64,000 bases of DNA from contig NW_027117342.1 of the NCBI RefSeq assembly GCF_038025025.1, positions 1,054,001 to 1,118,000 on the forward strand, given 5' to 3'. Positions 1-10,809 of this stretch are shown piece after piece; position 1 is the first letter of the stretch; each line of letters starts with the position of its first letter. The notes under the pieces are model-generated. The model was given only the letters and a program-made list of their open reading frames with translations. It searched no databases and was not told the DNA's origin. A program made the position numbers and the translations under genes. The DNA is from Phyllosticta citribraziliensis (Eukaryota).

Positions 1-16
1 CCACCAGTCAACAATC

Positions 17-952
17 ATGGCTTCGCAAACGCCACCCAACTCCACGTAAGTTGTATTCATGTCTAAGTCGTCTCCGCTAGCTAACAGCTCACAGTGTCTA
101 CGTCAGTATCTCGGTCAGAAATGCGCCCGCCCTGCTAACGCCCCAAGCAGGTCAAGAACCTCGAGGAGCGCATCAAGATTCCCGAGTTGAAGGAAGCGCT
201 GCTCGAAATCTTCAGCGAATATGGCAACGTCATCGACATTCGCGCAGCGAAGAACCTCAAATCCAAGGGACAGGCTTTCGTCACCTTCGAGAATGTAGAG
301 TCAGCCGCGCGCGCCATTGAGGAAATCAACGAGTTCGACCTCTTCGACAAGCCGATGAAGCTGGATTTTGCCAGGACTCGCAGCGACGCGACTGTCAGGA
401 GGGAGGGCAACGAGGAGGATTTCGAGGCACACAGGCGCCGAAGGCTTGCGGAGAAAGGTACATCTCAGATCCCATTGCACTGCGGGATCAGATGGGTCCT
501 TGCTTTGCGTTTTGACGTGTCGCTCTTTGGTGAGTAGTATGCTTACACATGCAACAGAAAGGAAGCAGGCCATCGAGGCCCAGGAGAAGCAGAAGCAGTT
601 GAAGCGTCCTGCGGGCGCTCCCGCGCAGCCCGAGAGGCCCGCCCAGAAGGCGCGTGGTGCTGGCCTCAAGTCGACCGGCGCTGGAGGCGCTGTCATTCCC
701 GACGAGTATCTCCCGCCCAACAAGATCCTGTTCGTGCAGAACCTGCCCGATGGCTACGATGTCGAAGCGCTCTCGGCCATCTTTGGCCGCTTCGAAGGCT
801 TCAAGGAGGTCCGTCTTGTGCCTGGACGTGCCGGCATTGCCTTTGTTGAGTACGAGGCTGAGTCTGGTGCCATTTCCGCCAAGGAGGCCACTGCTGGCAT
901 GGCGCTTGGTGATGAAGGCAAGCCCGTCAAGGTCACTTACCAGAGGCAGTGA
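17..952 (+). CDS. U1 snRNP protein A / U2B''-family two-RRM spliceosomal protein (most likely U1A)
   Basis: Exons 17-45, 95-101 (7 nt), 151-457, 558-952. Spliced protein MASQTPPNSTVYVKNLEERIK...KSKGQAFVTF (RRM1, RNP2/RNP1) and PDEYLPPNKILFVQNLP...FKEVRLVPGRAGIAFVEY (RRM2), typical of the U1A/U2B''/SNF family. GT-AG introns 46-94, 102-150, 458-557. Confidence 0.92.
461..494 (+). promoter_or_regulatory. Intronic RNA hairpin mimicking U1 snRNA stem-loop II (putative U1A-binding autoregulatory element)
   Basis: CATCT-ca-GATCCC [ATTGCACTGC] GGGATC-AGATG: perfect 6-bp stem plus a 5-bp lower stem, with a 10-nt loop starting AUUGCAC and closed by C-G. The lower stem covers positions +4 to +8 of the intron 3 donor. 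Confidence 0.7.
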
Positions 953-1103
953 GGAAATCTGTAGATGGAACAGAGGTTGCATTGATCAAGGTAGGGGTCA
1001 CAATCATTGAAGCATGAGGCGCCAGAGATCAAAACAAATACAATTTACAAGTGCTCCAGTTTTGGGCTGCTCGCATCGCGTTCATGTACATAATCCATCC
1101 GCA

Positions 1104-2078
1104 TCAGAAAATCACGTCCTCATTATCCTCATCTCCCAAGAGGTCCTTCGTCTCGATTCCCTCAGCCCGACGTTCAGCTTCCTCCGAGGCCGCAGCCCGT
1201 TCCTTCTCAGCAGCAGCAGCATCACGTCCCTTCTTGCCCGAAACCTTCTTCAGCCTATAGAACTCTTCTCTGTCGAGCTCATCCAACTCGGAGTTGATGT
1301 AGGCAATGGTGTTTTCGGTACGAGGAATGATGACGTGTTCGCTGAACTCTTGTCAGTTCAAGGAACAATGCGACAAGCGCCAAAGTTACAACTTACATGG
1401 CATTCACTCTGCGGTTGACAATCTTGATGACTTCGTCCAGAATAACAAAGGCCGTCTGCAAGCTGGCCAGCTCGACGAGCGTCTCAACTGCGCGAGCATA
1501 TGTCTCCCTACATCTTTGGACCTGCTGTCCTCCCTTGCCCAGACCTGTGAGGCCAAAGTCGTTGGCGCCTTCGACTGTGAAGCTTTCGAAAGCTGGGAGG
1601 AAGACACCGGACACATTTTCCTGCTTTGTGCGCACTCGGAATTTGGCATTCTTCGCAGACTCCTGGATCTGGTAGCTGATGTCACCGCCGGCTGCGTATG
1701 TGACTTCGGCGAGGGAGAAGGCCGCTATCTGCATGACACGGCCCATCTTGCGCTTGGCTTCATCGATGCGGCGTGTGATCTCTACACGTATCTCAGTATC
1801 TGTGTCTCGGCCGCGGTGGCTGGAGTCGTACCTCGGAAACGCCTGTGCCAAATATGAGCATGCAAACAAGAAAGAGGGTCATGGCAGATGGGCGCACTTT
1901 GTCAGGGCCTCACTCTTCCTCTTCAGCAGGTCGTGACCGATTTGAGCTCCCTTGAGCTTGCTTTTCATCTGACCCAACGCCTGCCGCGTCGGGAAGACCG
2001 ACTCGCGGGCCTGGAGTTTACAGTTAGCTCTCGACGGGTCGACATCAGCTGGGCTGGACGTACGGCACCCGACGACAT
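1104..2078 (-). CDS. VMA8: V-type H+-ATPase V1 subunit D
   Basis: Exons 2078-2064, 2010-1898, 1842-1832 (11 nt), 1781-1397, 1341-1104. Motifs RESVFPTRQAL, LLKRKSEALTKRFR, ENVSGVFLP, LVELASLQTAFVILDEVIKIVNRRVNAIEHVIIPR, ELDELDREEFYRLKKV. Confidence 0.96.
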
Positions 2079-2447
2079 GACGGGCTGCTGGCAAGAGGGT
2101 GACTGGGGCGAGTTGTCCGGACGAGCGTTTCAATCGCGATGAGTGAGCCAAAGGATGTGCGGCAATAGTTGCCAGCCGTTGTGAAGCGTGATGCGAATGG
2201 TCCCGTCCCCGCTTGTTGGTGTTCCATACGCACGCCGCGGAGGCCTGAGCTACCTTACGTCGTCGGCATTGGCCGGCCGGGCCTCGCGCTAAGCAACACG
2301 AAGTCCAAGCGACCCTGCGCCAGAAGTCGAGCTCCACACCTCACCAATTCATCGCCAACTCGAACGACCCCAGAAAGTCGCCCACGCCACCCTCTCGCGC
2401 GCCTCTCCGGCCTGCATCCAGGCCAGCAACGCCCGTCTGACCGAGCG

Positions 2448-5022
2448 ATGCCTGGAGAGCTTCTGAGGAACGTTGGCAACTCCGCCGCTGCCGCCGCCGT
2501 GCCGAAGACGAAGCGCATCATGCCCGACCGGCCCTCCGACTTGTATCTGATCTCCGAGTCAGATGGCGTCTATGAGCAGGAGCTCATCCGTAATCCGGGC
2601 AGCATCAAGCCATGGCTGGATTACGTCGCCTTCAAGCGCCAGCATGGCTCGGTCCTCGAGCAGGCCTTCGTTCTCGAGCGCGCCTGCACCACGCTGCCGC
2701 GCTCCTACAAACTGTGGAAGATGTATCTGGAGCTGAGGACTAGGCATTTGAAGGGCAAGAATCCAGCCAAGTACCAGGCCCACTACGTCAAGGTCAATGC
2801 TCTGTTTGAACGCGCTCTGGTGCTTCTGAACAAGATGCCAAGAATATGGGAGATGTATCTGGAATTCCTGATGCTGCAGCCTATGGTCACTACAACGAGG
2901 CGCACTTTCGATCGCGCGCTGTGCGCATTGCCTCTGACGCAGCACAACCGGATTTGGGCTCTATACCGGCCTTTTGCCAACTCTGCGTCCGGCGAGACTG
3001 CCGTCAAGATCTGGAGACGGTACATGCAGATCCATCCGGAACACGCCGAGGATTTCATTGCTTTACTGGTCGACATGCGGCAGTACACTGAGGCCGTCAA
3101 GCGATACATGGACATACTCAACAATCCCAGATTCAAGAGCAAGGAGGCAAAGGGGCCGTTTCAGTTTTGGACCGAAATGGTCGAATTGCTCATTGACCAC
3201 GCGACGGAAATTGAGACGGGCGACGACGTGGGGATCGACGTCGAAAAGATTATTCGGAGCGGTATTGCAAAGTTTTCGGACCAACGAGGGATTCTCTGGG
3301 TTGGTCTGGCCCGCTACTGGATCAACAAGGGCGACTACGAGCGCGCTCGCGACGTTTTCGAAGAAGCCATCACCACCGTCATGACGGTCCGCGACTTCTC
3401 CATCGTGTTTGATACGTACGCCGAGGCCGAAGAAGCGTTGATTGGTATCAAGATGGAGGAAGCGTCCAAACGACAAGAGAAGGGTGTGATGGATGAGGAG
3501 GCAGATCTTGATTTAGACATTCGGATGGCTCGCTTTGAACAGCTCATGGATCGTCGGCCGTTCCTCGTCAACGACGTGCTTTTGAGGCAGAATCCCAACA
3601 ATGTCCCTGAATGGGAAAAACGTGTTGGCTTATGGGGAGACAACAAGGTGGAGGTCGTCAAGACTTACACTGACGCCATTGCGACCATCAATCCGAAGAA
3701 GGCCATTGGACAGTTCCACGAGCTCTGGGCCAACCATGCCAAGTTCTACGAAAGAGCGGGCGATCTGGACAACGCCCGCATCATCATGGAAAAAGCCACC
3801 AAGGTTCCGTTCAAATCCGTAAACGAACTTGCGGAAATGTGGTGCGAGTGGGCGGACATGGAGCTAAGGAACGAGAATTTCGACCGCGCAATCGACATCA
3901 TGGCCAAGGCTACCCAGGCGCCAAAGAGATCGACAGTCGACTACTTTGATGAAACGTTATCACCCCAGCAGAGAGTGCACAAGAGCTGGAAGTTGTGGAG
4001 CTTCTACGTCGACTTGGTCGAGAGCGTCAGCACGCTGGAAGAAACGCGCAAAGTCTACGAAAGGATCTTTGAGCTTCGCATTGCCACGCCTCAGACCGTT
4101 GTCAACTATGCGAATCTGCTCGAGGAAAACAAGTACTTCGAAGAGTCATTCAAGATTTATGAGCGCGGTCTCGATCTCTTCAGTTACCCGGTAGCATTCG
4201 AGCTCTGGAATCTCTACCTCACCAAAGCGGTGGACCGAAAGGTCAGCATCGAGAGGTTACGCGACTTGTTTGAACAAGCGCTCGAGGACTGCCCGCCAAA
4301 GTTTGCAAAGACACTTTACTTGATGTACGGTGCACTCGAGGAGGAACGTGGCCTTGCTCGTCACGCCATGCGCATTTACGAACGGGCAACCCGCGCAGTT
4401 GCCGACGAAGATCGCTTGGAGATGTTCAACTTTTACATCACCAAGTCGGCGTCCAACTTTGGACTCACTTCGACGCGTCCAATCTACGAGCGCGCCATTT
4501 CTGCACTCCCCGACCACGAAGCCAAGGACATGTGCCTCAAGTTTGCAGAAATGGAGCGGCGACTGGGCGAAATCGACCGTGCAAGGGCCATTTACGGCCA
4601 TGCAAGCCAGTTTTGCGACCCGAGAACGGAGCCAGGGTTCTGGCAGAAATGGGAAAGCTTCGAAGTGCAACACGGAAACGAAGACACATTCAAGGAGATG
4701 CTTCGCATCAAGAGAAGTGTCCAGGCACAGTACAAGTATGTTGACTGTTTGATTCGCTTGAGCATGCAGCTAACAGCATGGCAGCACCGACGTCAGCTTC
4801 ATTGCCTCGCAAGCCCTGGCTCGCAGCCAGCAAAACGGCGGCGAGGGCGCCATCGGTTCCGAGCAAGAAAAGATCGACGCCATGGCGGCCCTTGAGCGAC
4901 AGGCTCGGGCGCCCGAAGGATTTGTGCCTGCGACAGGTGGAGTTCAGGGAGGTAGTGTCGCGCAGCCAGAGGCAGCTGCGGCAGCGAACCCGGATGCGAT
5001 TGACGTTGACGAGGATTTGTAG
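2448..5022 (+). CDS. SYF1: Pre-mRNA splicing factor Syf1/Cwf3 (NTC component, HAT/TPR repeats)
   Basis: [91 protein letters not shown]. One intron 4736-4784; stop TAG 5020-5022. Start may instead be ATG 2520. Confidence 0.95.
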
Positions 5023-5933
5023 TGACATTTTGCAAGCGCGCAGATACCCTGCTTAGCTTGATTGAATTGGCTTTTTCTGGGGGAGGTTTCATTCAGGTAA
5101 ATAAGCTGCTGTTTCTGAGCCGCATCTACTCGGCGTTGGGTTCATTCGTGTCAAAGAGGATGGACATGGCAGGGCAAGGCGCGCGCCATGTGCGGTGAAG
5201 CACCATCCTTTGCGTTTTCCTTTGTCAGTGGCTGGTCGTCGCCAAACATTTCCTTTTCTTCGTCTCTTCTCTTCGCCTCTGTCGACAGTTTGGCTTTTGA
5301 CCGTTCCGAGGACCGGGTTCGTCGTTGTTGATGACGGCGGGCTCTGATCGGTTGGTGGTCGCAGGGCGTGATTCAGGCAATGGCAATCGGAGTATGCACG
5401 AATTGTCGCCGTCTGGGGAGCGTTCAGTTAGAGCGGACGGACGTGTGTGGGAGGGCAGCGTGACGAGTGGACGGCCAACGTCACCACAGGCTCAGCGGCG
5501 GCACACAACAGGCAACAATAGCCTATGGGCAGCGTTTGGCGCAGGCGCGACCATCATGTGGGTGCTTTGAACCGTCATTGTTGGGCCCGACGCAGGCCGT
5601 CCGGGTGCCGTGGTCATGTTATGTTGCAGCGGAGCTGGTGCAGAAGGCCGCTTCCATGCTATGCTTCAAAGAGAGCAGCTCCAGCTCCGCCAACCCTTTA
5701 TCATCCATCCACATCACCCATCCATCCAGCCAACCTCCACCCCGCACCCGTCCACGTCCACGCCCACGCCCCGCCATTGACTGCCTGGCCCGGAACTGAG
5801 CTGAGCTACTGAACTGAACCCTGACTCGATTCCATTCACGCCCCTCCTCTCTCCCAAGACCAAGGCTTTCACTCTGGAGTATAACAACGTCCGCATCGAG
5901 GTCCGCCAGATTCCTTCGCGAGAGTCGTCCTCC

Positions 5934-6663
5934 ATGGCTACCAACACTGCCACCAGTGGTACGTGGTTTGCTTTCTTTTCGCTCCAGCCATGTTCCCTGC
6001 GCATCTTGTTCAGTCCTTGGCCCATCCATTGCACCAGTCGCGGCCCTGAGAAATACCATTTAAAATATCAAACATCGCCCGCATAATTCGCTCAGCACCA
6101 GCTCCCCTTCTCATACCGTCACGGTCTGAAAGCAATCATCATCCTCCACCGTAACTCTCCACTGACGACCTCTAGGACTTGACGCCACGCCCACCGGCAA
6201 TCCCTCTCTCGACACCACCATGGCTGGCTCTTCCAATGACACCACCTTCTCCGACCCCTTTGGTGGCGACAAGCTCGACAAGATTGCAGGCAGCGACGAC
6301 ATGAAGATGCCATCCCGGGACTCGCCGGACAACCTCGACTCGCCGGTCAACGGCGGCAGTGGCAGTCCGACGCGTGACCGCCGCCAGAGCAAGGAGTGGG
6401 ACGCCAGCAAGGTGCCGCCGTCGCGTTTCCAGAAGCGCACCGGAAGCATCTACTCGACGCCGAGCAGCCGGGATGCGCACTTGGACGGCAGCGAGATCAG
6501 AGACAAGGCGTACTGGGACAAGTTGAAGGAGAAGGTGAGTCCTCAAATCCCCATGCCTAATTTTTCCCCGCCACGAGACGTGAGGGAGCAGATGTGGCGA
6601 GAGGGAGCAGTTTTTGTGCTGACGTTTTTGCCATTGCAGGGTTGGGTTCATAAGAAAGCCTAG
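5934..6663 (+). CDS. Small conserved hydrophilic ascomycete protein of unknown function
   Basis: Exons 5934-5958, 6176-6534, 6640-6663. The first exon splices in frame; ATG 6220 is an alternative start. Motif RRQSKEWDASKVPPSRFQKRTGSIYSTPSSRD...KLKEKGW resembles a recurring fungal hypothetical family (recollection). Strong codon bias and consensus splice signals. Confidence 0.75.
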
Positions 6664-9600
6664 AGAGCCTAGGAAACTACTTGCACTGCCTTCCTTTGCG
6701 CTGGTGCATCATTCGCAACCTCCTCCAGTCACTTCCGCCTCCTGATTGCGTAACGCCACTGCTACGGTCGCCGCATTGACATGCGCTCTTCTATTCCCGC
6801 CTCCGACCCTGAACTCTCCTTCTTTGCTGTATCAGTCGCTTTGCACGCTCCAAGATATCCCCTCTCAACGGACCGAAAGACTGAAAATCGGAATGGCTAT
6901 GTTTTCCGCCAACCTAAGGTCGCCAGCGAGCTCGCTCCTCCCGACGTCTCTTGCCTCGAAAGCCCCACCTGGTCGATGCTGTCATCGAGGCGTGGCATGG
7001 CTTGGAGATGGAGAGCAAAGCAGAGCAAGCACGCTCGGCGCGCGCGGGACGGCTCGTTAGTCGGAGAAAGGCAAAATATTACGATACCAATGATGACCGA
7101 CATTGTTTTTTCTCTGTTGCTGTGTCTTTCACGGTTCCTCCTTCGTCGTACATGTTAACAGTGTTCATCTTATCTTGGTCAAGCGTGTTGATAGTGCATG
7201 TTGTCTGTCTGCTTGCCTTGTCTTGTCGCTTTCACTCACCTATGTTGCTCTGCGGTTTGCATACATGGATGTGTCGTTTTCGTCTGCATTCATACGTGTA
7301 TTTGTACAATTAGCTACGGCAGATTGAACGACGTGCAATGAGTAGCATGGCAAATATCATCATCACCACGACCACCATCATCATCTCTGCACATCCTGAG
7401 CCTCACACCAATTACCCTCCTCTACTAACCTAGAAGCGGTCTGGCTGATTCCACTCCGAAACAACCGCTCAGACCCTTCCTCTTCCTCGCTCGCGTCGAA
7501 CGCCGACGGTCTGATCGACCCATTTCACCTCCTTCTCTCTCATCCTAATAGACTGCAGAATGCAGATATCTCTCCGGCGGACCTGCCCACTTTGCCATCC
7601 ACCACCACCTCCATGACGCCACCGCGCATCGCAAGCGCCCGGTTCCCGCCTACGCGCAGTGCAGCGCAGTGGCTACGTACTTCGGAAGGATTCTGCAGCG
7701 GTAGGGCGGGCGAGCTAGCGGCTGTCAGAGTGAGGCTCCTCCTCCAGGGTCTGCGGCGGCTGTCGTCGTTGTTGTGTGTCATCAACTGGAGCCGTTCACT
7801 GCTATCTGCTGCGCTGTGGGTGCGCGCAAGTATTGTCTGATTTGCTGAGTGGCTGGCTGGCTGGCTGGTGTGAGTAGCCAGGTGGTGTGCAGAAAACATC
7901 TACATATCAGCGCATTCACTGTCTCTTCCTGGCCCTCTGTTCCTCCTGGAGAAGAGAGTGGCGGCACGAACGCGGGATTTCCCAAATGCGAGGACGTTGT
8001 TCATGCGTGCGCCGTTATTTGTTCGTCAGACTACTGACATAGATCGATGGGTTGTCGGACACAGCCAGATGTGGCACAGAATGGCAAATCAAGCAGCAGA
8101 GAAGTCATCAACCTACCTGTACCAGCAATCGCAAGCAGGAAAGGCAAGTCAGCATAGGTACATGTCCAACGAGAATGCCACATTGCATGTCGTGTCAGTT
8201 TTGCACGCATGGCACTGCAAGCGGGTAGCTCACTAGACAGCAGTCGGTAGTAAGGTCGTGTGTAGTCAGTCAGTCCGGGTGGGTGAGTGTCTTAGGTTGA
8301 AACGACTATCCTACCTGGCCCTGTCCGGCGCGCTGTTTGACTTTGTCATGCCCTGCCCTGCCCTGCCTTGGTTGCTTGCTCGTACAATACAGGCCAGCTT
8401 GCCAACTGCTCTGTCTGTCTTGTTCGAGTACGCGTGCGAGCGAGCGGCTCGCGATTGACGCGAAGAGGAAGCGGCTTGTAGACGCGAGTGAGAGTGAGCG
8501 CTCGCCGGTTTGTCGACGGCGCTGGCTGAGTGATGATGCCAGCAAGACAAGTACAGCGTGTGTAGGTCGTAGGAAGTACGTACATCTGACCAGGGCAGCC
8601 GATTAGCGCGCGCAGCTCTCATCGCCGTAGCTCCAGCGCAGCCGTGCGTCAATCGAGACGTGCGGCCAAAAGCGAACCTGTCAGCGTGCATGCGATGCGT
8701 GGCCAACGTCATCTCGCATCCACGTCAGTAAAGCAGCACCAATGCTTCCATTGCATAGTTACCATCGCGCTCTAATGACTGTCATGATCGCATTGACGTT
8801 GCTACGACTCCATCTAACCAGCCAACCAACCAACCAACCAACCAGCGCTAGAACCCATGTGTCCGTCCGACCTGAAGGCATCATTACTCCTGGTCCTTGC
8901 CTTGCCCTGCCCTGCCACTGTCCGGTTTAAACTCCATGTGCTCCTCGTCCACCATTTGGACTCACCAGCAGCCAGATTGAAGTCTACCTTCATTCTCAAT
9001 CCAGCATCAAATTCGAATCCAAAAAACAAAATGACTTATTAGTCTATTTTACAGGGTATCGGGGCCCGCGCGGCATCTGCACGTGTCGGGTGTCCTCTTC
9101 GTGTATACTCGGCCTCATGGGTAGGTAGGTTCTGTTCCGATTGTTCGTACCACGTCGCGTGTAGCTGCGTGGGTAAATGCATTTTGTGGGTTTTGTCTTG
9201 CTTTGTGGGGCTGAGCCATTAGCCTACGTTCTTTGATGACCGAATCGTGGATTTGGTGAAAGAGTGGTTATGAATTGGCGAGCCAAAGAAACAGCTGTCC
9301 GTCGTATATGGTATGGCGCTCGAGACGGGACCCGTAGAACCAGTTTTTGGGGGGTTCAATTGTTGAAATATCTTTGAATCCATTGGAGAATCGGGGCAAA
9401 ATTCCAGGAATAGAAACTGGACATCTTATCGCTGTCAACGGATGCAAAGCGCAATGGGCAATCTCCGATTTGCTTCTCTCGCTCGTCTGGTCGATGATTG
9501 GGCTAGGTCTGGTTCGGCGCGTTCGTTCCGCACGCCCAAGTCGTGGGCAGGCGCGGGCATGGATCGACGATGAAAAGACGTTTCAGGCGCGCCTGCGTGT

Positions 9601-9787
9601 CCACCAGTCTTGAACAGCAGTTAAGCGCTGGTGTGAAGCTGAGAAAGAAAAGGTCGATGATGGCGAAAAAGGCGAGGCAATCAAGTCGACGTGGTGTGGG
9701 TCAAGCGCCGCAACCTCTCCCTTGCTGCGGCGGTCATCGCCTCGGGAACTGATGGATTTTGTTGTCTTTGATAGCCGCGTGTTTGTC

Positions 9788-10809
9788 TCACATGTTCCGC
9801 TTCACCCGCATCCTCCTCAAGCCCTCCTTTTCGGTAGGCTTGTCTGCCGTCGCCTTGGCCTCGACGATGCGCTTGCCGCCCATGCTTCGCACGGTCTCCT
9901 CGAGCTTGCCCTTGAGATGCAAAGCCTCGACATCGTCACCACCACCAATGCTCCTACCATTGATCAAGACATTGGGCACTGTGCGACGGCCGGTCGACTT
10001 GGCAAGGGCGGTCTGAATGGCAGAGCCCAGGGGGTGCTTGTCGAGCTCGACAACGTATGGTGCGGGCTTGATGGAGTATTCTTCAAGGAGAATGCGCTTG
10101 GCCTTGGCGGAGAAACCGCAATATGACTTTGAAAATATGATGACTAGAGACCAATGTTAGCATTCCGAGCGCTTAGGACAGCGGCGCTTAACTCACTTGG
10201 GCTCTTTTTGAGAATGGCGTTCATTTCCTCCTCGGCCTCCTTGTCTTCGTCTGTTTGCTCGACGGATGAAGACGCGTCGTTGCTGGATTTGGCACCATTG
10301 GCTGATGCCGCCCTGACGCTGTCGCCCACATTCCCGACTCTAGCCACACCGTCGACGGAATCGGACTTGCCATCCTTCATGATGACTCGGCCAGCAACGC
10401 TTCGCTCGCCAGTGATCTCGTCTTGATCGCTGGATGCATCCGACTTGGCGGCCTTGACGGCGTTGGCCTCGGATTTGCCAATGACGCGATCCTTCTCCTG
10501 GTCCGCCTTGCCGGCCGCAACCACCTCCTGGATGCGGTCACCCTTGAAGTTGGCGCTCTTCTTGGCCTTGTCCTCGGCGGCCTTGAGGCGTTTGCTCACG
10601 TCGTCGTCGGATGCAGCCATCTTGGGCTGGACGTGAGGTTGCGCGTTGTTGATCTTTTCGCGTTGGGCCAGGGCATACTGGGTCTTGCGGTAGAAGTCGG
10701 ACTCGCGTGTCTGTCGTGCGGCGGAAGTTACGTAGAGGATTGTGAGAACGACGAGAAAGACGAAGAGGCCCAAGATCTTGAAGCGGCGCTGCGATCGTAG
10801 GGTAGCCAT
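9788..10809 (-). CDS. N-terminally membrane-anchored monothiol glutaredoxin (Grx6/Grx7-like, secretory pathway)
   Basis: Exons 10809-10197, 10143-9788. N-terminal TM (ILGLFVFLVVLTILYV), low-complexity linker, Grx domain PIIIFSKSYCGFSAKAK...YVVELD...TGRRTVPNVLINGRSIGGGDD. Confidence 0.88.

Noticed and set aside
6028..6034. Another intronic ATTGCAC heptamer
   Set aside because: No flanking stem forming a 10-nt loop; isolated 7-mers are expected by chance in 64 kb.
6046..6057. CTGAGAAATACC inside a 217-nt intron, matching the J2/3-P2 part of TPP riboswitches
   Set aside because: The rest of the aptamer (CYTGAT...GATAAT..CAGCG, P1/P4/P5 pairing) is absent and the host gene is not thiamine-related; likely chance.
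9040..9342. Possible ~300-nt ncRNA (ends TTTACAGGGT / ACCCGTAGA could pair)
   Set aside because: No SRP, U3, RNase P/MRP, snRNA or telomerase-template signature found by eye; the pairing is short and bulged.
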